From the NCBI RefSeq assembly GCF_009834535.1, contig NC_045705.1:64666001-64730000 (forward strand): a stretch of 64,000 bases of DNA, in the 5' to 3' direction. The stretch's first letter is position 1. Each line of letters opens with the position of its first letter. Source of the DNA: Camelus ferus. Taxonomy: Eukaryota. The notes below the pieces were generated by a model that was not told the DNA's origin, did no database searches, and worked only from the letters and a program-made list of their open reading frames with translations. The translations under genes and the position numbers were made by a program. Of the stretch, positions 48,112 to 58,850 are shown piece after piece.

Positions 48112-48253
48112 CATTTCATCCTGTTAACAGCTGGGCATTATGATCCCCATTTTACAGGTGAGGAAACTGAGGCTCAGAGAGGTGAAGTGGCTCCACAGCA
48201 AAAATAAGTAAATAAAGAGCAGGATTTTAACCCAAGTCTGCTTCAGAGCCTGG
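48112..48253 (-). mobile_element. MIR SINE
   Basis: ccccattttacaggtgaggaaactgaggctcagagaggtgaagtgg...ggattttaacccaagtctg. Confidence 0.8.
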
Positions 48254-49431
48254 GTTTTTCCCACCCCACCCACTCCCTCCTCTTGATCCTCTCGTATTAG
48301 GTTGTATTTCTGTAAGCTGCTGCAAATCCCTTAGGACGAGATGGGAATAAATAAATAAATACATAAGTAAATAATGAGAGGCTGCAGTGAGATGCTGAGA
48401 CCGGGTCAGAGCTGGGAGTGGGGCACGGGACAGGACTATTTCTGAGTGTGTGTGTGTCTGTGTGTGTGTCTCTGTGTCCCCTGAGGTGCCCCAGCCCCAA
48501 GGCTGGGTCTCCTAAGGTCAAGGGTGAATTCGGGGCTGACTTGCAGCACCCACTGAGGGGGTGGGGATGGGCACCAGCCCCGGGAGCGTGCTGGGTGCGT
48601 TGGAAGGGGCATGCATGTGTGGGGTTTGGGAGACTCGGCAGCAGAAGCAGCAGCGTCTGGCTCCTCACCACGCTGCTCACTTCTTAGAGCCAAGTCCCTG
48701 CCGCTCTTGTTATAATGCAAATACGTTGACATGTTAATCCCTGCACCCTCGGGAGCACACTGGGAGGATTAGCCCAGCAACTGCAAGGGACAGAGCTGAG
48801 TCCCCAAGCAGGACGCAGGGCCCTCCAGCCCAGATTGGAGCAGAGGGTGGGAATGGCTGGTGTAGCTGGGGGAGGCTAAGCCCAGGCTCCCAGATCCCCA
48901 GGTGTCTGAAAGAAGGACCCTGGATTCCTGGGAGGGCTAAAGGGTAAAAGAAACCCCCAAGGGGGCCCTGTACCCCCTCAACACCTTGGCCCCAGCTCTG
49001 TGTGTGAGGGTGCTGGGCAGCCCGGGCTAAGGTCCAGCGTTGGTCAGGAGCTGGCAGACACCCAGTCTTCAGTGCAGACCCCCAGGCCCTGCTGTGGGGT
49101 GCTGTGAAGGGCTTCATTGCACAACTGGAGAAGAAAGGTGCCGGGTTCAGGCCCAACCTTTCCAGGTCCCTCAGGAGGCCAGGATGGTGGCATCGGAAGC
49201 TTGTCCCTCCCATCACGCATGCATGTGTGAGTTTGTGCAGACGTGAGCGGGTGCATGTAGGAGGGTGTGTGCATGCACTCCTGCTTTGTGCAATCCTGGA
49301 TTATTGCAGCCTCCCCTCTTGTCAGCCTCCTCCCCAGGCCCAGGCAGAGCAATGACAGGGGCTCAGCCTCGGAAGGTGACATGGCTATTTCCGGGCCTGG
49401 ATTCCTGCCAGCGCAGCAGAGCATGCGAGAT

Positions 49432-49457
49432 TGTGTGTGTGTGTGAGAGAGAGAGAG
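49432..49457. repeat. Compound (TG)n(AG)n microsatellite
   Basis: tgtgtgtgtgtgtgagagagagagag. Confidence 0.85.
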
Positions 49458-50063
49458 TTCCAGAGAGGGGGTGCTCCTGTCCCCCAGCTGCACAGAGTCG
49501 CCCTCCCACCTTGCCTCTCCCCAGCCTGAGCCGGCCCAGCTCTCCCTCCTTGCACCATAACCCCCAACCTTAGACAGGACCTGGGAGGCAGCAGAGAAAT
49601 TGCAGGGGGCAGTCTCTTCACTTCTCTGAGCCTCACTTTCCTTATATGTAAAATGGGTGGGCAGTTCCCACTCAAGAAAGCACCTAAGAGGGTCCTGAGG
49701 CATGGCAGAGGGGTGAGAATGGTGACAGGGCCACTCCAGCAGGGGGTCAGCCGGGAGTGAGCAGGGCTGTGCATGGGGCCTATGTGCTTGTGCTGCCTCA
49801 GCTCAGCCTTGGCCTCCACGCCCTGTACCTTGGGGACCCCAGCATTGTTCCTTATCCAGTCAGACTCAGCGAACCCAAAGCAGCACCCCCAAGTCCAAAG
49901 AGGTGACGTCCTGGCCCCAGTGGGGAGCAAGACCACAAGATTCTTAGAAAGTCAAAGACCCTCCTTGGCTCTGCAAACCCCCTGCTCCTCCACCTTGCAG
50001 CCTGGGCGCTGCCTTGTGACAGTGAGGGGAGACCCCATGCAGGGCCATAGTTACATTAGTACA

Positions 50064-50184
50064 TCAGCTAATAACAACAGGTCCTATTTTACAGACTGTC
50101 CCATTTTACAGATGAGGAAACAGACTCCAGGAGGTTGAGTCACTTGCATAAGATCTAGCATGTTTGGGATTCTAGCCCAGACAG
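50064..50184 (-). mobile_element. MIR SINE
   Basis: cccattttacagatgaggaaacagactccaggaggttgagtcacttgc. Confidence 0.7.
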
Positions 50185-50349
50185 TTGGGGCCTAGGGAGG
50201 ATCAGGGTGCGGGCATAAGACAGGGCTTGGGGACAGAGGGCAGCTGGGTGAGACACATTGGAGTGGTGAGATGAGTTGTCCAGGGTCACCTCCCGCAGCA
50301 AGGGGGCTGGTGGGCTTGGCTAGGCCCCTCTGGAGGCAGGTTGTCCCTG

Positions 50350-50400
50350 GGCCCTGAGGGAGGCCCTGGGGGGGGCCCTGAGGGAGGCCCTGGGGGAGGC
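50350..50400. repeat. 12-bp minisatellite x4
   Basis: ggccctgaggga ggccctgggggg ggccctgaggga ggccctggggga ggc. Confidence 0.9.
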
Positions 50401-53400
50401 AGTTCCCACCCAAAGCCCAGTCTGTCCTGTTCAATTTTGAGCTGAAGTGCAAACAAGGCTCAGTGCAAGCTGCTCCTGCCCCAAATCAAATTCGGTGCTG
50501 TGATTTCTCTGCGGGCGGCGGCCTGCCTTCCGGGGAGGGAGTGCGGGGGAGGCTGGCATGGCGGGGTTTGTGGGGTGGCCAGGCCCAACCCCAGGGCTGG
50601 CGGGCGGGAGCCATTTGTCTGAGGCAGCCAGCTCGGCTGGCCGGGATCTTCCACCCAAATTAAATTTTAACCCAGCTCATAAATCTTTCAAGTCCATCCC
50701 CTGCCACCTGCCAGGTCCGCCACAAGCCGGCACAGGGACAGCCTCGTCCGATGCTCCATGTGGCTGTGGGGCAGCGGGGTCTGCCTGCCTTGGGGAGAAG
50801 GGACCCTGAGGTTGGCCATGGGTCCAGCCTGGCTGCCCCAGGCAGAAGCTTGGTGTCATCGGCTGGGGGTCCTAAAGGCCTGGGCCAGGGTTCCAGTGGG
50901 GCTGTGGGTAGGAGCTGTCAGAAAGGCCCGGGTTCAAATCAAAGCTCCACCTCCTCCCGACAGGCCCACTGAGCTGGTTTTCCTAACTCTTCTGGGCCTC
51001 AGTTTGCTCAGCTGTGCAGTGAGGGGGAATCATAGCGTTCCCTGGAGGATGTGGGGGGATGAGGAAGGGGATGTAGATAATGCCCTGGGGGCCACACGAG
51101 TGTGCTCTCCTGGAGGCCACCACAAACCCGCGCTGTCAGAAAGGTGGGCTGGGTGCCCCTTCCTGTCCCCACAGCGCTTACCCCAGCAGATAGTGAGTGG
51201 CCTTGTGGCTGAAGGGGAGGAGCAGTCTGGGAAGCCCACAGGCCTCCTTCCTTTGCCCCCTCCCCCCAGAGCACTGGGGGCTGCACCCTGGGGTGTGACA
51301 GGAGCCCCAGGGCTGCGATGGGGAGGGAAGGGGGACGGACTCAGCCACCCTGCCCAAGGCCTTCTGTGCAGGACCAAAGAAGTCTTCCCTCAGCTGCTTA
51401 TTTGCCATTTTATGGTGGCCACACGAACTGAAGTGCCAGCCCCACCTCAGGGGATAGACCATTCCTGGGCGGGGTGGGGGTGGGGCAGATCTCCCCTCCC
51501 CCAGCTTTCTACTCTCAAGTCCGAGCCTGCCCCTCCCTCTCTGCCCTCCCCTGGTCAACTCACTGCCTTCAGGGTGAAGTACAGACCCCTTCCCCACGAG
51601 CCCCCAGCTGACTGACCAGCTCCTGCCCCCCGCCCACTGTGGGCTTCTCTCAGAAACTCCCAGAGCCAGCCTTCTCCCTGCCAGCTGACCCTGGCTCACA
51701 CTACTCGTATCATATCATACATGTTGGATCATGTTTAGGGAAGAAAGGGAGGAGAGGAGGAAGGAGGGAGGGTTATCGTGCCCACAGGTGGCAGCATTCG
51801 GGGGTCTGTGACTTGCCCAGGTCCCCAGAGAGTCGCTGGCAGAGCCACACTGAGTGAGAATCTAACTTCATCCTCCATCCTTGCCCTGTGACCTCCGCAA
51901 GCCACCTAGAAACGGTGGCAGGAGGGAGCCTGCCAGCCCTTCCCGACCTGGCAGAGCTGATGCTGTCCTCTGTCCAAAATGGCAGGGTTACAGAGAGAAA
52001 AACCAGAGAAGCCTTTTCCACATGGAGACCCTGTCCCTGGCCCCCCACATCTGGCTGATGGCGCTGGAACACATGGGGTCCTGACGTTTGTAGGGTACCT
52101 GGCTCCCCACCCTTCACGATCTCCAGGTACTTGGCCCACCCTGCTCTGCTGGCCTTTTCTCACAGCGGCCCCTCAGCCACCTCCCACCTGATCTGCGCTC
52201 CAAGATGCATGTTTGTCCTGCCTAGTGGTGCACAATTAACATCCCCACCAGTAAACAATGCGGGGCCATATTTCACCCACACCCAAACGTGGACCACAAA
52301 AGCATGAAAATAAGCCGATGGCGCAGTCAAGGGAGGCCTGAAATTTGCGGGTCTGGAAGAGCGCACCTGCGCTGGCCCGGAAGCCCGTGCCAGCCGTCCT
52401 CCTGCTCCGCCAGGGCCCCAGCCCTACCTCAGTGCCCAGAACTGGGCCCTCTGGAAGGCTCCCAGGACACAAAGAGGGAAATAACCCGGCTGCAGGCGCT
52501 GTCCCCTCCAAGAGCAGGCCAGACAGGGGCTCCTGCTTCTGCTGCCAGGGAGGGGGTGTGAGGGCAGATCAGGGCAGGGGAGCCACCCCTTGGTGGGCTC
52601 ACCTCCCAGACCTTCCTCTGCTGCCACACCTGCTCCGCCCTCCCAAGCTGCAATCCAAGCCCCTTGCTCAGAGGAACAGGAGAACCTAGGCCAGGGCAGG
52701 GGCCCCTGCTGTGTGTCTGGCTCCCACCAAGCAGGTTGTGTTCTCTGGGCTCTAGAATGGGCAGGGTCAGGTGGGGCACACCCCTCACCATTGCCACCCC
52801 TTGATGGAGCTCTGGGCTAGAAGGAAGGGACCCAGGTCCCAGGTGCCCCAAGGTGATGGTGGCCCGTGGAATGTGCAAAGCTGGAGCCAGCATCCTGCCA
52901 GCCTCACTCCCCGCAGCCTGGATCTGGGTGGCTGGATGGCTGGATGCCTGGCCCAGCAAGGACATCTCTGCACTATGGGGTCCACTGACCATTTTCCTTG
53001 CCCTAGAGGGCAGGTGGTGGCTTAGCTTCCCTTAGTCTCTGGGATAAGGGAGAGGTCTGGATTGTGTCGGGGGGGAGCCCAGGCCTCCTCAGCTGTTTGA
53101 GGGCCCAGGGAGGACTCTGCCTTAGTCACCCAGCCCAGCATGGCTAGACAGACAGGTCCCCGCATCGGCACTGCCCCCATCACCACCTGTCTGCCTCTCC
53201 TGGCCTCCTTGTCTGGTTCCTCCCATAGACACTTGGACCCCCATGAGTCTCCTGACCCCACCTAAGGGTCCCTGGGGACTCTTGTTACTCAGAACGTGCT
53301 TGCAAAAATAAAGTTGAGCCACATGGGGACTCCTCCAGGTGAGTCGATTAAAGCCGCTGCATCCCCAGGGGAGAGACCAGGCAGGCGCCCTGGGAGCCGT

Positions 53401-54159
53401 AAGCAGGAGATGCAGGGGCCTGCACATCAGGAGGTTCCGCTACCAGGCAGGGCTGGGGAGGGGTGGCAGAGACTTGGAGGCAGGGAGACCAGGTTCAGCT
53501 CCAGCTCTGCCCCTCTGAGGCCATGGGACCTTGCACATAGCTGCTCTGGAAACCTCGGATTCCCCACCTGTGAAAGGGAAGCACCCATGCTTCCTTGGAC
53601 ATGCTCCTTGGAGGGCTGCCGCATGTGAAGGCCAGCCTCAGCAGGTAAGGCTGAGGGTGCCCAGTAACCGCCAGCCTCCCCTTCCCCTGCTCACTTGGGA
53701 GAGCAGGTAGATTCTGCTGTCTCCTGCATGTGGAAGCTGGGCCGTGGCACCTGCCATGATGTTCTGTGATGCCTTAGATGCTGAGCTCTGCTGGGCAGAG
53801 CTGCCCAGCTCTGGACTCCCCATGAGGTATCTGCACCCCTCTCCAGCCCTGGGGGGCTCAGTACAGCCTCATCCTTTTGACTTAGCTCTCAGCACCCCAG
53901 TGCCAGTGCCCCCTGGTTTCCATGCCCCATCCCCAGTATCCCTCTCACAGGTACCTCCAGGGTCTGTTCCAGCACTGGGTCACACACTTGGACACCTGTG
54001 AGGGGCCGCCCACTGTGTGCCTGGCAGCCTCTGACAGCACCACCTCTCATCCCTGTGGCTCCAGGGTGCACGGCCCCTTACAGTTTGTCTCTCTTGGCCT
54101 TGAGCAGATCCTTCCTCCTCTTTGGGTTTTAGTTTTTCCATCTGTGCAGACTCCACACC

Positions 54160-54300
54160 AGGCTGCCCTTATCAGCTGTGTGACCCAGGGTGAGTCACTT
54201 AACTTCTCTGAGTCTCAGTTGCCTAGTCTGTGAAATGGGGACAATATGCTTCCTTGTAGGGTCACTAAGAGTATGAAGTGAGTCAATGCAGGCAGTAAAA
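54160..54300 (+). mobile_element. MIR SINE
   Basis: agctgtgtgacccagggtgagtcacttaacttctctgagtctcagttgcctagtctgtgaaatgggg. Confidence 0.8.
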
Positions 54301-56421
54301 GACTTTGAACCTGCATGGCACACAGGAGGCCCTCAGGAGGTGGAAGCGGCTCTTCTGTTTTTCCTTGGCAGGGGATCAGAGAGTAATGGAGGGGCAGTTC
54401 GCAAAGCATGGACAGAGTTAGGGAAATCAGCAGAGGAAGGGGAGGCTCTCTGGGCTGGCGACAGTAGAGAGCTGTTCCTGCTCATGCCTTATGGGGAGGA
54501 GAGACTGTGGTTACCAACCCAGAGCTGTCAGCAGGTCCCCAACAAGAGAGGGATGCAGCCAGGGAGTCTGTCTCTACCTGGCTCTCCTCCCTCCCTCTGC
54601 ACAGCTGCTCCCCTGGCCAAGCCCAGCTGGAAGCCAGGGCTCCAGGAGCCTGTTGGTGACCACAGCCTGCTGGGCCCGGAGTAGGGTAGAGAGTGATCTG
54701 CAGGGGTGGCATGCACAGCCTGTCAAAGTCCAGCGGGCCTTGCATCAGATGTAGATATGATGGTGACCCACGGGCTCTTGGTCAGAAGGAACAGGGTCCC
54801 AGCCTTGACTCAGCTGCTTACTAGCTGTGAGACCAGAGTACAGTGACAGGCTGTCCTGGGTTGCCTGGGATTTGTGCTAAAACTGGGGGAGTCCCAGGCA
54901 AACCAGGACCTGTAGGTCACCCAGGACCTGGGTCCAGCTACCTAACGTCTCTGGGCCTCAGCTTCCTCATCTGTAATACGGAGAAGGAGCCTTGACCTGG
55001 GGGAGTGGGATTGGGAAAACCCAATCAGACCCAGCAGGGCAGACGGATGGGCATGCAGGTCTCTAGCCCTCGCCCATCCTCGGGAAATGGATCCAAGGGT
55101 GTTTTTCCTGACCAGGAGCCTAATAGTCCGCAGTTATTTATCGTCGTGTTTCTTAGTGGGTAGGAAAGCCACAAATGAGTATATTCAGGCAGCAGGGCAC
55201 AATTATTGAGCCCAGTGCTTTATTTCCCCATCTTGTCTCCAGTCCGGGCCAGCTTTGGGTTGATAATAATTTATGATGCAGCCCCCGCAGCAGAAGGGAG
55301 GTGGCCAAAAAAACTCATTTGCTTGGAGTCACCCTCCCTGTACCAGCTCTGCGCTCACAGGTGGCTGTGGCGGCTGGGGTGTGGGCTGGGGAGGGAGGCC
55401 AGTGGCCCAGCTTGTGCGGGAGGAGGCAAAGTAGAAGTGCAGTGCTGGCTGCAGGGGCANNNNNNNNNNNNNNNNNNNNNNNNNNNNNNNNNNNNNNNNN
55501 NNNNNNNNNNNNNNNNNNNNNNNNNNNNNNNNNNNNNNNNNNNNNNNNNNNNNNNNNNNNNNNNNNNNNNNNNNNNNNNNNNNNNNNNNNNNNNNNNNNN
55601 NNNAGAATACTGACCAACCCCAAGCTTGTCCCTGACCACCAATCAGGCCCACATTCTGAGCCAGAAGCATCACAAGACCAAAATGGGGCACAGGGACAGT
55701 GGTGGGCCCCTCCACCAACTGGTTTGGGGTTTGTCTCAGGTAGGATCCCAGGGGAGCCGTGCCTGAGATGGGGTCCTGAGCCTGAGCCTTTGGGAAAAAC
55801 CTAAGGGAGGATGTGAACTGGGAGAGGGCAGGGGAAGGGACAAGCCCAGCGGTGGCCCTGGCCAGGATCTGATCCACAGGGTAGAGGGGCACCAGGGCAG
55901 AAATCGCACAGAATGGAGTCTCACTGAGGCCTCAGGGCCAGTCAGTGTTCTCCGGGACCCTGTTTGCTGGAGGAGAAGGAGTGGGGAGAAGGCATGAGAG
56001 GAGAGGCAGCCACCACTCCCAGTGCCTGGAGGCCTCCACCTGGGGTTCCCAGAGCCTGTGCCAGCGTGTATCCTGCGGTGGAAGGAACAGGGCTGGGATC
56101 TGGGTTTCATAATTTATGAAGCTGATTTCATCAGGTTTCATGTTCTGTCATGTGTCCTGCCATGACAATTTCATTCTTCCCTTTGGGGACATGAGGATGC
56201 TAAAATGGGATGTTGTGGGAGAGGAGGCTCTGAGCTAAGCTCATGTCCCAGGGCCAGCCAGGCTGGTGCGAGGGAGAGTCAGACCTGGGAGGAGCTAGGC
56301 TAGTCTTGGGGAGTGGGGTTGTGGGAAGGCGTGGGTTCCCCAGAGGTCTGGTCTGGCAGAGAGGGAGGGGATGCCGAGGGAAGAGCATTACTGAGAGCAC
56401 TTGTCTTGGGGGTTATAATAC

Positions 56422-56650
56422 TAATAATAACTGCTGGCTTCTATACGTGCGTAGAGCGCCAGGCTGGTCCTGAGGGCATCCTCACGGTACCTCCTTTGAT
56501 CGTCACCACAGGCCCACCAGGCTGCTTCCCTCATGACTGCATCTCATAGATACGGAAATGGGACACTCAGAGACACACTGACCCCAAGTAACACAGCTAT
56601 TGAAGCTGCACAAGGGGTTCAGCTTCGATCACTGACCCCAGGCTGTTAAC
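56422..56650 (-). mobile_element. MIR SINE (diverged, near full length)
   Basis: aataataactgctggc...gatcgtcaccacaggccc...catctcatagatacggaaatgggacactcagaga...caagtaacacagct. Confidence 0.55.
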
Positions 56651-58559
56651 CATCTGTTCTCTCTGTAACAGCCATCCTAACTTTGCAGCCACATCCCAGC
56701 GTCCCAAGGAGGCAGCTGGGGCCCCCAGAGGTCAAGGGCTCATCCAAGGTCATCTGGTGCTGAAACACTCTCCCTGTCTCTCTTTCCTGGGCCCATTCTG
56801 GGCCCTCCCTCTGTCCCTACTCTGACCCCAACTCCATCTGGGGAGGCCTCAGGCTCCATTTTCTGACAGGAGCTGGGCAGAAACCTAATTTGCAAGTGAC
56901 AGACAGGGGAGAGGGAGCCTGGCTGCCCACATTTAATTAAAGGGGCTCCCTCCTGAAGGCCTCAAAACACAACCTTCCCCAGCCAGGACCTGCAGCATGC
57001 CCTGGTGTGTTCAGAAGGCCAGCCTGGGCCCCTGCTCCTGTCCATCACCCACTGGAAAATGGGCCTGTTTTAGGGGCAACACGGTAGTCTTGGGATAGCG
57101 GGTAGTACCACATAGGGCTGACCCCCTCCTGGCCCTCATCGGGTGCCGTGTAGCCATCGGGTGGTGGTGGTGCACATACGTTTTCAAGGCCAGCCGCCCA
57201 GAGAAGCTCTGAACACAGCATCAAGGAGGGCCCCTACTTCCACCACTGATGCCTCCCTTCCCTTGTCTTTCCGTCTGGCTCTTAAAAAAATTAAACACGG
57301 ATGGTTTCATCTTGGGAGAATTAGTATTCCAGGCAGGGCTGGGGGATGTGATCGGAATGTCAAGGCGGGAGCCACAGAGCTGGAAGGGAAGGGAAAAGGT
57401 GCTGTGCCTGGCGGGGGGCCCTGGGCTGGGGGCCAAGAGGGCTTGGTGGGTGTGGGTGGGGCCTGCGTGGGGCAGGCTGCTTCCAGCCCCCCTCGCCTGG
57501 CCTGGCCACCAGGGGAAGGGATGAGGCTGAGTGTGGCTGGAGGGGATGGCATCGGGTCCAGGGCTGGAGGAGGAGATGGGGGCGGCTCAAGACAGAGACT
57601 ACATCTGGCCGGGACACACAGCTTCCCGTGACCCCAGCCCAGCTCATCTACACATCCATTCCCTCCTTTATCTGGCCCTCGTTTGCTGATGTGTGTGCCT
57701 ACTGTGTGCCAGGCACCGAGCTTGGTCCTAGGGGGCGAAGGGCAGACATGCTGTCCTCACCACTGCCCGGCACACAGCAACTTACCAAACATCATATGCG
57801 TCTCCCAGAGCATGTTCTGAAGAACATGCCAGTTTTGGGAGGTTAACAGGGAACCGCCAGAGCGAACAGAATTAAACTAATATCTTGGAGGCAGGACTTC
57901 TCAGAGCCTTTAACCCACGAGCACGCCCTGTGAACCGGGTGGGGGAGCGCCAGCCTGCAGCCTCCCGCAGGTCTGAGCACAGCCCTCCAGCCCCGGCCAC
58001 ACCGGAACTGTGCTGTGGGCGCCGAGCCGAGACAAGAGCGAGTCTGTGTTCAGGCTCCATGGTGAACCTACTGTGTGACCTTGGGCCTATCTCTGTGTCC
58101 TCACGTGGAAAATTGAAACGGTAATAACGGTGCCTGCGGGTTCAGTGAGGTGGTGTAAGAGTGGTGCCACCTCAGACTTAATACGGGGCTGCTGCTGCTG
58201 TCGCTGTTATTGTGTTATTATTACCCGCATGAAGCACTTAGCTCTGTGGGCCTGGGCTGTAGTCAGAACCCAATCAGATTAGCTACGGTTAGTGTCACTG
58301 CTGTTGACACAGTCCTTGCCCTGAAGAGGTCACAGGCTGGGGGTTAAAGACAATTAGAGTCCAGGGCGGAGAGTCCAGGGGCCAGGGCTGGGAGGAGGAG
58401 GACGGAGGTAGCCAGAGGGAGCACCAGCATGGCTGCAAGCGCAGACCCCAGGGGAAGGAAGCCTGGGTCGCGTAGGATGCCCCCCCTCAATGTGTTCATC
58501 CTGGTCAACCCTCACTGCCAAGTGTCTGTCCGGCCTGGGCCTCGGACACTCCTGGCGAT

Positions 58560-58850
58560 GGTAGTCTGGCCTGTCTTTGGGCATCTCTGCCTGTTACAGA
58601 TTTCTTCCTCAACTGAATCCCTCCTGGTGCTTCTAGTTCTTGGGCCTCCCAGAATAGGTTGTTCTTCCTTCTCCAGGTCAGCTGTCCAGAAAATGGAGCA
58701 CAGGGGAACAGCTCTCTTCCCAGAATGGCCCCACCCTGCTCCATCACTGTCCTGGCCAGTTCTCACCACTCTGGGCCTCATCCTCCTGTGCCTCTTGTGG
58801 AGCCCAGACTGAATAGAGTTCCTGTTCAGTCTGAGCTGGGCAGAAGCAGG
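58560..58850 (-). mobile_element. Possible L3/CR1 fragment
   Basis: gtggagcccagactgaatagagttcc weakly resembles antisense CR1 gtgcccagaactgaacacagtactcc. Confidence 0.3.

Noticed and set aside
50758-51615. 285-aa ORF (similarly 46854-47630, 60809-61582, 24682-25365, 49044-49703)
   Set aside because: No recognisable family motif, composition typical of random GC-rich non-coding DNA, overlapping ORFs in other frames, and some run through MIR/L2 repeats.
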